From the NCBI GenBank assembly GCA_041744075.1, contig JBGTLQ010000373.1, positions 1 to 32,000 of the forward strand: DNA of 32,000 bases. The letters run 5' to 3'. Below, one piece after another: positions 22,449 through 30,880 of the stretch (position 1 is its first letter; each line of letters opens with the position of its first letter). The stretch comes from Terrimicrobiaceae bacterium. Lineage in GTDB: Bacteria; Verrucomicrobiota; Verrucomicrobiia; Chthoniobacterales; Terrimicrobiaceae. Position numbers and translations under genes: made by a program. The notes below the pieces were generated by a model. The model had not been told where the DNA came from. It saw only the letters and a program-made list of their open reading frames with translations, and searched no databases.

Positions 22449-23398
22449 ACACCGATCTGATTTTTTGCATGGGATTGGCTCTGCTGATTCTGGGAGTGGC
22501 CGTGTTTGTGGTCGGATCCCGTGAGCCTTTTCCCGCCGTGGTGGGCTTTGTGATTTTTGGGTTGCTGGTTTCGATTGCGTGGATGTGTCTCTCTGCTCCC
22601 GATGTGGCGCTCACGGAGGCGGCGATTGGGGGCGGCGTGACTGGAGCGCTTTTGTTAGTGGCCACGGCCAGGCTTGGAGACTCCTCGAAGAAAGGTCAAA
22701 AAACGAAGACGCCCATGGGTTTCCATGGTCTTGTGATTTTGCTTTGTGTTGCTGTTTCAGCCGGGCTGATCGCCGTGGTCCTCACATTTCCAGAGCCTGC
22801 TCCCACGTTGGCCTTGGTCGCATTGGAGCCATTGGAGAGCACGGGTGTTAAGAATCCAGTGACAGCTGTTCTTCTGGCCTATCGGGCGCTGGATACGCTT
22901 CTGGAAACTGTGGTCGTTTTGCTGGCCATGGCCGGGGTTTGGTCATTGGCCAAAGATTCGGACTGGTCGAAAACACCACTCTTCGGTTATTCCCCGGAGC
23001 CCGGTGGGCCCTTGGTTTTGCTGGCAAAGGTTTTGATTCCGGTGGGTGTGATTTTTGGCATTTATATGGTGTGGACTGGTTCGGATCATCCCGGCGGAAA
23101 ATTTCAAGGAGCTGCGATCCTCGCTGCGATGGGGATTCTGGGATTGGTGGCTGGTGTCACGTCCGTTCCCGCCGTGACAAATGCCAAGCTGCGTTGGCTT
23201 CTTGTTTTGGGGCCTGCGGTTTTTCTTGTGGTGGGGCTGATGGGATTCCTCAGCGTGGGCTATTTTTTGGCATGGCCGCCGGGGCTCTCCAAAGCGGTCA
23301 TTGTTCTTATTGAGGTCGCGCTCACGCCCTCCCTTGCGCTGATGCTTGGGCTTCTTGTCGCCGGCCCACCTCGACAACTTCCCACTTCGAATTCCTAG
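22445..23398 (+). CDS. mrpB: Mrp subunit B fused to a DUF4040/MbhD-like module (the equivalent of the MrpA C-terminal domain).
   Basis: It starts at ATG 22445 (ATGA overlap with mrpG): MNTDLIFCMGLALLILGVAVFVVGSREPFPAVVGFVIFGLLVSIAWMCLSAPDVALTEAAIGGGVTG, which is DUF4040-like. This is followed by NPVTAVLLAYRALDTLLETVVVLLAMAGVW, the MnhB-domain signature. It is polytopic. Confidence 0.8.
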   Translation: MNTDLIFCMGLALLILGVAVFVVGSREPFPAVVGFVIFGLLVSIAWMCLSAPDVALTEAAIGGGVTGALLLVATARLGDSSKKGQKTKTPMGFHGLVILLCVAVSAGLIAVVLTFPEPAPTLALVALEPLESTGVKNPVTAVLLAYRALDTLLETVVVLLAMAGVWSLAKDSDWSKTPLFGYSPEPGGPLVLLAKVLIPVGVIFGIYMVWTGSDHPGGKFQGAAILAAMGILGLVAGVTSVPAVTNAKLRWLLVLGPAVFLVVGLMGFLSVGYFLAWPPGLSKAVIVLIEVALTPSLALMLGLLVAGPPRQLPTSNS

Positions 23399-23402
23399 AC
23401 CG

Positions 23403-23729
23403 ATGACGATTCCCACCATTTTTGGTATCTGCGCTTCGCTGCTTATTGGGCTTGGGCTTTATGGAATCATTATTCAGACCCGCGTACTTCGCAAATTGCT
23501 GGCCTTTAATCTTGTTGGCACCGGGGTCTTTTTATTGTTTGGGGTCATTGGACGCAGGGGAGCAGGCGGAGGGCTTGAGGGAGACCCTGTGGTTTTTGGG
23601 CTGGTCATCACCGGCATTGTTGTAGCATTTTCTGCGACGGCGCTCGCCGTGGCCATTCTCATCCGGCTGCATGAGGAAACCGGGGATGATTCCTTAGTGG
23701 ATGAGCCCCCTGATGAGGAGGGGAGGTGA
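23403..23729 (+). CDS. mrpC: Mrp subunit C (NuoK-like).
   Basis: MTIPTIFGICASLLIGLGLYGIIIQTRVLRKLLAFNLVGTGVFLLF is NuoK/MnhC-like. It has three TM helices and an acidic tail. Confidence 0.85.
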   Translation: MTIPTIFGICASLLIGLGLYGIIIQTRVLRKLLAFNLVGTGVFLLFGVIGRRGAGGGLEGDPVVFGLVITGIVVAFSATALAVAILIRLHEETGDDSLVDEPPDEEGR

Positions 23730-25240
23730 TGTTTGCTTCGCTGACAGATAGCGGGGTGCTTCTGGTCTTTGCCCTTGTTCTTCCTGTGTCAGGGATGCTG
23801 CTAGCTTTGCTGACCGGGGGACGGCATGCGCGGACTGTGACGTTGCTGATCTTATTAGCCAACGTCGTGGTTGTGGGGGGCATCGTTGGAGGAATTTGGC
23901 AGACCGGGCAGGCGGTGAATTATCATCTTGGGGGGTGGTCTCCTCCGCTGGGTATTGAACTTCGCGCGGATGGGTTGTCAGGGGCAATGATGGCTGTGAC
24001 CGCTCTGGTGAGTCTTGCTGCCGGGTTGTATGCGCCACCAAGTTTTCGCTTCCCAAAATCGCAAGAAAACCGGGAATCCCGAATGTCCTTCGTCTTTTGG
24101 TATCTCTTGTCAGCGACCGTCGCGGCGATGAACTTGGTTTTTTTGGCTCAGGATCTTTTCACCCTGTACGTGGCTCTGGAGTTGGTGGCTTTTGCGGGTG
24201 TGCCAATGGTAGCGCTTTCTGGGAGTGCGAACACGTTGCTGGCGGCGCTGCGTTACCTGATTTTTGCACTCATTGGTTCCATCTTTTATCTGTTGGGAGC
24301 GGTGCTGCTTTACGGCCTGCATGGGACCCTGGATATTTCTTTATTGGCTGGGCTCGTTGAACCCGGACCGTCTCTGTGGTTGATTTTGGCGTTTATGACG
24401 GTTGGACTGGCGGCCAAAACCGCACTTTTCCCTCTTCACATCTGGCTCCCTCCGGCCCATGCGGGTGCGCCGCCAGCGGCCAGCGCCCTTCTATCCGCGC
24501 TTGTGGTGAAGGCCTCCTTCTTTTTGGTGATAAGGCTTTGGTTTGATTTGGTTCCTGGTTTGCCAGCGCCTTCTGCTTCGCAAGTGCTGGGGGCCATGGG
24601 AGCCGGTGCCATCCTCTTTGGTGGTGTGCTCGCGTTGCGGCAGGCCCGGCTGAAACTCCTCATTGCGTATTCCACCATCGCTCAACTCGGCTATCTCTTT
24701 CTTGCGTTTCCTTTGGCCTTTGGCATGGGTGTCGAAACGGATGGGGCTCTCACTGGCGGCATGTTTCAAGCTATGGCCCATGCCTTTGCCAAAGCCTCGA
24801 TGTTTATGGCGGCCGGTCTGATTGCTGAGGCCATTGGTCATGATCGCATCGCGGATCTGGGCGGTCTTGGGAGGGTGCTGCCTGTGACATGTCTGGCCTT
24901 TGGAATCGCAGCCCTCTCGCTTATCGGCGTCCCTCCCACCGGAGGGTTTGTGGCTAAGTGGCTCCTTCTGGAAGCGGCGGCGATCTCGGGTCAGTGGTGG
25001 TGGGCCGTGCTTCTGATTTTGGGAGGCTTCCTTGCAGGGGGTTACATGTTCCGGGTGATTATGCCCGCGCTTGCGCGAGACGTGACTCCTCCCACACTGA
25101 TTGCCCCTGTTTCCAGATTTCGTGAGGCGGTGGTTTTGGCCTTGGCGCTTGCGGCTTTGGCTTTGGGCTTGTTTCCTGAAGCCCCGACCGAATTGCTCGC
25201 GCTGGGGCGTCCACAATCTTTAGAAATTTTGTCCCCATGA
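23729..25240 (+). CDS. mrpD: Mrp subunit D (NuoN/NuoM-like proton-translocating subunit).
   Basis: LFTLYVALELVAFAGVPMVAL, KTALFPLHIWLPPAHAGAPPAASALLSALVVKASFF, AYSTIAQLGYLF. TGATG overlap with the mrpC stop. The track start at 23726 is GTG. Confidence 0.9.
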   Translation: MFASLTDSGVLLVFALVLPVSGMLLALLTGGRHARTVTLLILLANVVVVGGIVGGIWQTGQAVNYHLGGWSPPLGIELRADGLSGAMMAVTALVSLAAGLYAPPSFRFPKSQENRESRMSFVFWYLLSATVAAMNLVFLAQDLFTLYVALELVAFAGVPMVALSGSANTLLAALRYLIFALIGSIFYLLGAVLLYGLHGTLDISLLAGLVEPGPSLWLILAFMTVGLAAKTALFPLHIWLPPAHAGAPPAASALLSALVVKASFFLVIRLWFDLVPGLPAPSASQVLGAMGAGAILFGGVLALRQARLKLLIAYSTIAQLGYLFLAFPLAFGMGVETDGALTGGMFQAMAHAFAKASMFMAAGLIAEAIGHDRIADLGGLGRVLPVTCLAFGIAALSLIGVPPTGGFVAKWLLLEAAAISGQWWWAVLLILGGFLAGGYMFRVIMPALARDVTPPTLIAPVSRFREAVVLALALAALALGLFPEAPTELLALGRPQSLEILSP

Positions 25241-26871
25241 CGCTTGAAGTTCTCCAATGGATGCCGCTCATCGCGCTGGTTTTACCGGTCAGCGCCCTGC
25301 TTGCAAGTTGCTCGGTCCGGGTGAGACGTGTGCTGCCACATGTGCTCTGGCTCCTTCCTTGGCCGGCTGTGGTGGCAGCTATTGCTGGGCTGAATGCCGG
25401 TCCCTTGGTGATTTCTTGGCTGCCAAATCAGCCGATGTTTTCCATTGATCCGCAGGGGGCGCTTTTGCTTGGGACCAGCGCCCTTCTCTGGAGCTTGGCC
25501 GGTTTTTCGCTGCCGGCCTTCTTCCCAACTCAACCACTTGGCTCAAGGTTTTGTGTCTTCTGGGTGCTGACCATGATCGGCAGTCTGGGAGTGTTTCTGG
25601 CTGCTGATATCTTCAGTTTCCTCATCTGCTATGTGTTGGTCAGCCTGCCAGCTTACGTGTTGATCGTTCAGGAAAATTCCCAAGCGACCAAAAAGGTAGG
25701 CACGATTTATTTGGGGTTTGCGTTGGTGGGCGAGGGGATCTTGATCATGGCTTTTGTGCTGTTGACCACGCAGGCTCCAGAGGCTGGTCTGCGAATCAGT
25801 GAGCTTGTGGCTGCGATGAGCCAAAACCCGGGAAACCAACTCACCATCGCATTGCTGGTTCTTGGTTTTGGCATGAAAATGGCGCTTGTTCCCCTCCACG
25901 TGTGGATGCCGCTAACCTACACGGCTGCTCCAATCCCTGTTGCCGCTGTGCTGAGTGGGGCGGCTGTCAAAGCTGGCTTGATCGGTCTCCTGCGATTCCT
26001 GCCGTGGGAGGGGGGGATGGAGGATTGGGGAAGCCTGCTTGTGGGTGTCGGATTTGTGGGAGCATTTTTTGGAGTGATTGTTGGGGTGACCCAATCCAAT
26101 CCGAAAACAATCTTGGCGTATTCCAGTGTCAGCCAAATGGGATTCCTTGCCGCATTGATTGGCATGGGTCTCATCAACTCGATGATGGGTGTTGCGGTGA
26201 TGGCGGCCTTTTACGCGGCTCATCATGTGCTTCTCAAAGGTGGGCTTTTCTTTGCTGTTGGACTTGCTGGCATCACGAAGAAATATCGGATGACTTTAGT
26301 TCTACTGCCTGCCGGGTTATTGGGGCTGGGGCTCGCGGGGCTCCCGCTCACGGGTGGATTTATTGCGAAACTTGCAGTGAAAGCACCCTTTGGGGATGGC
26401 TGGCCAGCCGTATTGGCGACACTCTCCTCAGCTGGCACGGCGTTGTTGATGACTCATTTCCTCATCCGGTTAGCAAAAGCCGAGGTTTCTCCCAACACAT
26501 CACCCAAAGCCAGTCGCCTCCAGATTTCGTGGATCCTGTTGGTGCTGGCCTGTGTATTCGCACCGTGGATCCTTCTTGTTCAACTTGGGCTGGGCTCCTT
26601 GGGCGAGGCTTTTGATGTTGCAACGATTTGGAAAAGCTTGTGGCCTGTGGTGGTTGGCGGAGCCATCGCGCTTGGACTTGCTCGGCGGGGGAGGCTTCTC
26701 GATACCATTCCTTGCGGCGACATCCTTGGTTTGTTCAACCCTTTGACCAAGCTCGCTTCCGTTCTTGGTCGGGGCTCCGAGCGAACGGACTGGTTTCTTC
26801 GTCAGTGGCCAATGGCCTGCCTGTCATTCCTCCTGCTTGTGGTAATTCTGACGATAGCGGCTTGTTGGTAA
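25237..26871 (+). CDS. Second NuoL/M/N-like antiporter subunit (MrpA N-terminal-domain or MrpD2 equivalent).
   Basis: FSFLICYVLVSLPAYVLIV, GMKMALVPLHVWMPLTYTAAPIPVAAVLSGAAVKAGLIGLLRF, AYSSVSQMGFL. ATGA overlap with mrpD. Confidence 0.85.
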   Translation: MTLEVLQWMPLIALVLPVSALLASCSVRVRRVLPHVLWLLPWPAVVAAIAGLNAGPLVISWLPNQPMFSIDPQGALLLGTSALLWSLAGFSLPAFFPTQPLGSRFCVFWVLTMIGSLGVFLAADIFSFLICYVLVSLPAYVLIVQENSQATKKVGTIYLGFALVGEGILIMAFVLLTTQAPEAGLRISELVAAMSQNPGNQLTIALLVLGFGMKMALVPLHVWMPLTYTAAPIPVAAVLSGAAVKAGLIGLLRFLPWEGGMEDWGSLLVGVGFVGAFFGVIVGVTQSNPKTILAYSSVSQMGFLAALIGMGLINSMMGVAVMAAFYAAHHVLLKGGLFFAVGLAGITKKYRMTLVLLPAGLLGLGLAGLPLTGGFIAKLAVKAPFGDGWPAVLATLSSAGTALLMTHFLIRLAKAEVSPNTSPKASRLQISWILLVLACVFAPWILLVQLGLGSLGEAFDVATIWKSLWPVVVGGAIALGLARRGRLLDTIPCGDILGLFNPLTKLASVLGRGSERTDWFLRQWPMACLSFLLLVVILTIAACW

Positions 26872-26929
26872 GGCAAATGCTTCCTTCCCCGTGAGTACCA
26901 CGTGGTAGTCCTCCATTCCCAAAAGAACG

Positions 26930-28336
26930 TCAGGCATAATTCTTGAAGAGCTGAAGAGTGATATCCCTTGCATCCGAGTGGTCAACGATGGGAAGGGGGT
27001 ACGAGGGATGGAGTTTCGTGCCGGGCGGAGGAGGTTCGCTCAGTTTTTTGACCGGAATGTCGCGCAATTCGGGAATCCATTTTTTGATGTAAGTGCCCTC
27101 GGGATCGTAACGAAGGGTCTGCGTCCATGGGTTTTGAATTCGGAAATAGGGGGCTGCGTCAGCGCCCGTGCCAGCGCTCCACTGCCAACCGCCATTGTTG
27201 CTGGCGATCTCACCATCCAACAGCTTTTGCATGAAATAGGATTCTCCAAGCCTCCAGTCGAGGTGAAGGTCTTTTGTCAAAAACATGGCCGTGATCATGC
27301 GGGTGCGGTTGTGCATAAAACCGGTAGCATTGAGTTGACGCATGGCGGCATCCACGATGGGAAATCCGGTTTCACCCTGACACCAACGTTTAAAGTCAGA
27401 GATTTTTCCAGGCCATGACATCCCACGATATTTGGGGTTGAACTCATGTTCCAGCACCTCGGGGAAGTGCCACAGGATGTTCATATAAAACTCGCGCCAA
27501 ATGAGTTCGCTGAGAAATTTTTCGGCGCTGGACCGTCCTGCATGAGGCAAGGATGCTGCTTTCTCAGAGCTCTTGGCAAAAACTTCGCGAATCGACAACA
27601 ACCCAAACCGGAGGTCTTTGGAGATGCCCGAGGTGGCCTCCATGGCAGGAAAGTTCCGGCGATCTCCATAATGAGCCAAGCCGTTCTGCAAAAAATGCTT
27701 GAGCCTTTCGCGCGCTGCCTTTTCGCCGGGAGTTGCGATTTGGCCTTCGGAACTAAAGTTCCAATGCGTCAGAGTCGGGAGCTCCTCGCTCTTTACGTTG
27801 GGAGATACTAGCGACTTTAGCTTTGGCCTGGGGGTGGGTTTCGAAAGTTTGTACCAGGCTTTTGAGTAAGGCGTGAAGACGCGGAAGGGCGTTTGCGTTG
27901 CTGTCAGAACTTCATCGCGCTCGTGGATGCAGACGTCTTTGAATGCCCGGACTTCAATACGTCCCGACTTCGCGGCGAGTAGATCCTCAATTTTGCGACC
28001 ATGGGGATCTGGGTCCCGATTAAAGTAGATCGCGGAGGCCCCAGTCTCCTCGGCAAGGGATAACAAGGTCGTGACAGGATCCCCATTCCGAATCACCAAA
28101 CGCCCCCCGAAGGCTCGCAAGTTTGCATCCAAAGATGCCAAGCACCCGCAGAGAAATTCTTGGCGCATGGGCCCCGTCCATCGGTGACTGGATTTCCATT
28201 CGCTTAAAATGTAAACGCAAACGACTTCAGAGGTTGCGGTTGCAGCCTCCGAGAGCGCCACGTTATCCGTGACACGCAAATCTCGCCGAAACCAATGAAT
28301 GGCCGTTTTCACCAAGGGCTCCGCAATACCTTCCAC
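26930..28336 (-). CDS. phrB: Deoxyribodipyrimidine photolyase (class I CPD photolyase/cryptochrome family).
   Basis: IHWFRRDLRVTDNVAL; TGFPIVDAAMRQLNATGFMHNRTRMITAMFLTKDLHLDWRLGESYFMQKLLDGEIASNNGGWQWSAGTGADAAPYFRIQNPWTQ. The start is uncertain. One option is GTG 28336. The other is GTG 28312, which is preceded by GGAG with 6-nt spacing. Confidence 0.95.
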   Translation of the reverse strand: MEGIAEPLVKTAIHWFRRDLRVTDNVALSEAATATSEVVCVYILSEWKSSHRWTGPMRQEFLCGCLASLDANLRAFGGRLVIRNGDPVTTLLSLAEETGASAIYFNRDPDPHGRKIEDLLAAKSGRIEVRAFKDVCIHERDEVLTATQTPFRVFTPYSKAWYKLSKPTPRPKLKSLVSPNVKSEELPTLTHWNFSSEGQIATPGEKAARERLKHFLQNGLAHYGDRRNFPAMEATSGISKDLRFGLLSIREVFAKSSEKAASLPHAGRSSAEKFLSELIWREFYMNILWHFPEVLEHEFNPKYRGMSWPGKISDFKRWCQGETGFPIVDAAMRQLNATGFMHNRTRMITAMFLTKDLHLDWRLGESYFMQKLLDGEIASNNGGWQWSAGTGADAAPYFRIQNPWTQTLRYDPEGTYIKKWIPELRDIPVKKLSEPPPPGTKLHPSYPLPIVDHSDARDITLQLFKNYA

Positions 28337-28352
28337 GGAGCAGCTTCAGTGA

Positions 28353-29198
28353 TCACACCGGAGATTCTGCTTTGCGCCGTTCCTTCTTGCCCAGAGCCTT
28401 GCGGAGCTTGTTGAGGGCAATGTTTTGAAGTTGGCGGATCCGTTCGCGAGTGACTCCAAATTTTTCACCAACCTCTTCCAAGGTGAGCGGCTTTTGACCG
28501 TCCAGTCCGAAGCGTTGGTTAATGATTCGACGTTCTCGATCATCCAGAACATCCATCAGTTCGCCGACCTCCTCACGAAGATCTTTGTCTCGCAGGGTTT
28601 CGAAAGGATCGTCAGCGGCTTCATCACCCACGATCTCCCCGAATTCGGTGGAGTCATCGTCGCCAATGGGTTGGTCGAGTGAAGTGGGTCGGATGGCGGC
28701 ACTCTTCAGAGCGGTGATTTTGGTGGCCAGCATCCCGATCTCCTCTGCCAACTCATCATCGGTTGGCTCGCGTCCGAGTTCTTCGGTCATTTGCGTGGAA
28801 ACACGGCGGACCTTGGCAATTTTATCAACAAGATGGACGGGCAACCGGATGGTTTTTCCTTGGTTGGCAAGGGCGCGTTTGATGGATTGTTTGATCCACC
28901 AAGAAGCGTAAGTGCTTAACTTGCCTCCTTTTTTAGGGTCAAAACGGTCAACGGCTTTCATCAAGCCGATGTTGCCTTCCGAGATCAGGTCAAGGAGAGG
29001 CAGTCCGAGATTGGCGTAATCGCGAGCGATTTTGACCACCAAACGGAGGTTCGCACGGATCATTTCAGCTTTGGCCTTTTTGTCTCCGCGTTTGATGCGA
29101 GCAGCCAATTTGATCTCCTGCGCCGGAGTGATCAGCGAATACTGGGCAATCTGGCGGAGGTATAGTTGGAATCCGGAATCTGAGTCTTCGAGGGCCAT
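28353..29198 (-). CDS. RNA polymerase sigma-70 family factor (RpoD/SigA-like, compact, no long region 1.1).
   Basis: YLRQIAQYSLITPAQE (region 1.2), ANLRLVVKIARDYANLGLPLLDLISEGNIGLMKAVDRFDPKKGGKLSTYASWWIKQSI (regions 2.1-2.4), TIRLPVH (region 3), LTLEEVGEKFGVTRERIRQLQNIALNKLR (region 4.2). Confidence 0.95.
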   Translation of the reverse strand: MALEDSDSGFQLYLRQIAQYSLITPAQEIKLAARIKRGDKKAKAEMIRANLRLVVKIARDYANLGLPLLDLISEGNIGLMKAVDRFDPKKGGKLSTYASWWIKQSIKRALANQGKTIRLPVHLVDKIAKVRRVSTQMTEELGREPTDDELAEEIGMLATKITALKSAAIRPTSLDQPIGDDDSTEFGEIVGDEAADDPFETLRDKDLREEVGELMDVLDDRERRIINQRFGLDGQKPLTLEEVGEKFGVTRERIRQLQNIALNKLRKALGKKERRKAESPV

Positions 29199-29266
29199 AA
29201 TGTTAGGTGTCTATAGTAATAACGGTTGAAATGAGAAATCGGTGCTGTATTTTTAATGTTTTCCGT

Positions 29267-29297
29267 AAAAAAAATGGTTAATGAGGTTAATCATTAA
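29267..29297 (-). terminator. Weak candidate intrinsic terminator after the GT-C-like gene.
   Basis: On the minus strand, TTAATGA-ttaacc-TCATTAA (29297-29278) is followed by 3 nt and a T8 run (29274-29267). The geometry is right, but the stem is AT-rich with only one G:C pair. Confidence 0.3.
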
Positions 29298-29374
29298 GAC
29301 AGCGCTGCCTGCGGGGCGTTCAAAATATTTTTGAACGACTCTTCGATTTTTTTAAGAACTCAGGGGTGAAACCC

Positions 29375-30862
29375 TTAATTTCGAGTCAGCAGGCTGCCGC
29401 CATGGAGGAAGAGGGCTATGAGGGATGCCGCTTGGAGGAGGAGGGACGCCAAGACCACAAAATGTGTGGTGAGGTAGAGGCGGTTTGAGATTTTGCCTGC
29501 CAGAGGACGGAGATAGGAGGATGTCACAACCAAGAGGAAAACTATTGGTATCCAAAGACTTCCCATAAATCGATCTCCACGCCCAATGGGCCAATACCAG
29601 CCGTAGAGTTTTGCGTATCCGAAGAAGCAGGCGAGGAGAAATGCGGCAATAGCCACGTGGGTTGCCGTGAGAGGGGGTAAGGATTTTCTGGTGAGCAGGG
29701 CCAGAGCAACACAGAGCAGACCGAGGATTATCAAATAAATACCACGGTGAACAAGGGGCTGCTCCCACGGCTTTTTTGGGGTGCTGTCTCGCCAGAAAAA
29801 AGCCGAGGTGGGCCTTTTGGTTTCTGGAAAAAAGAATTTTGTGAGGACTTGGGTGGTACCGTCAGAGAGGCGGCTGACAGCTTCAGCGGGGGTATTTCGT
29901 TGAAAATACCAAGTGAATGAGGGCAACTCCTCGGGAGGGATCGCCTCAAGTTGGGCGCGGCCGGGGTATTTGTCCTGCCATGGCCAGGCCTCCGTTTTGA
30001 AATCATCCATCCACATCCAGTATTGGGGATAGTTAAAAAACGGTTTTCCAAAGTATTTCTGACTGTGGAGGCCAAGCGGAGTAATGATGGCAGCAAAGGC
30101 GAGAATCCCAAGGAGTGCCCCCGTAATCTGCGAGGTGTCAGGGAGGATATCTGCAAGGCCAGAGCGTTGGGGAGTGATGGCTGGCTTTTCCGGCACCCGA
30201 CGATGATTTTTAGCGGGAACGGCTCCGTCACGGATGGGTGGTTTTTTCAGAATGAGGGTGGCAAGAAATTTGACTCCAATCGCAAAACCAAAGGCCGCAA
30301 GAAATGGCAGGAGTGATGGTTTGGCGAGAAAGGCGAAGCCGCAAGTGATGCCGAAAAGTGGGTAGATTTTCCATGTGGCTCCGGTGAGGATTTCCCATGC
30401 CATGACGGTGCAGCAGAAAAACAGGATGTAGAAGAGAGGTTCGGGTTGAAAATATGTGCCCCGTATAAGGAGAATACCCAAGCTGCAAAGCAGGAGCAGG
30501 TTGGTGGTGGCCAAGGGGCCCAGCCAGCGTCTCACCGTGATGCCGAGCACACACAGAAACGCAATCACCAAGGTGGTATTAAACCACTTTCCGCGTTGAA
30601 AAAAAACCGACTCGTCCTCGCTGAAGGTCTTTTGGGCAAGCCATGAGAAGAGCGGATGTCGAACTCCATCCGTGGATTTGGGAAAGGCATCCTCACGTGC
30701 GATTTTGGCGAGCCACATCTCAGCGCCCTGATCTGATGCGACCGGATCTTGGTTTGATCGGCTGATTAAGAAGGTGGCAGCGACCAAGTGAATCCCGCAG
30801 ACCAAGGCCAGCACGGGAACCAACCAGAAACGAGACATCAATTTGGATGAGGAGGAAGACAC
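29375..30862 (-). CDS. Polytopic membrane protein, probably a GT-C fold (ArnT/PMT-like, GT39/GT83-type) glycosyltransferase.
   Basis: 495 aa with about 11-12 hydrophobic helices. It has an early loop with an acidic motif (VASDQGAEMWLAKIAR) followed by HPLFSWL, and a long loop in the middle. This layout is typical of ArnT-like enzymes. I recognise no diagnostic motif with certainty. Confidence 0.5.
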   Translation of the reverse strand: MSSSSSKLMSRFWLVPVLALVCGIHLVAATFLISRSNQDPVASDQGAEMWLAKIAREDAFPKSTDGVRHPLFSWLAQKTFSEDESVFFQRGKWFNTTLVIAFLCVLGITVRRWLGPLATTNLLLLCSLGILLIRGTYFQPEPLFYILFFCCTVMAWEILTGATWKIYPLFGITCGFAFLAKPSLLPFLAAFGFAIGVKFLATLILKKPPIRDGAVPAKNHRRVPEKPAITPQRSGLADILPDTSQITGALLGILAFAAIITPLGLHSQKYFGKPFFNYPQYWMWMDDFKTEAWPWQDKYPGRAQLEAIPPEELPSFTWYFQRNTPAEAVSRLSDGTTQVLTKFFFPETKRPTSAFFWRDSTPKKPWEQPLVHRGIYLIILGLLCVALALLTRKSLPPLTATHVAIAAFLLACFFGYAKLYGWYWPIGRGDRFMGSLWIPIVFLLVVTSSYLRPLAGKISNRLYLTTHFVVLASLLLQAASLIALFLHGGSLLTRN

Positions 30863-30880
30863 TTCAACAAGGCAGGTGAA

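Noticed and set aside
24491-26615. A 241-aa minus-strand ORF (24491-25216) and a 237-aa off-frame plus-strand ORF (25902-26615).
   Set aside because: Both lie inside the NuoL/M/N-like antiporter genes, whose own frames carry the diagnostic motifs. The alternative frames are Arg/Cys/Gly-rich artefacts.
29317-29337. CGTTCAAAATATTTTTGAACG considered as a LexA box.
   Set aside because: It contains GTTC…GAAC, but the spacing is 11 nt rather than 4. It does not fit the LexA motifs I know.
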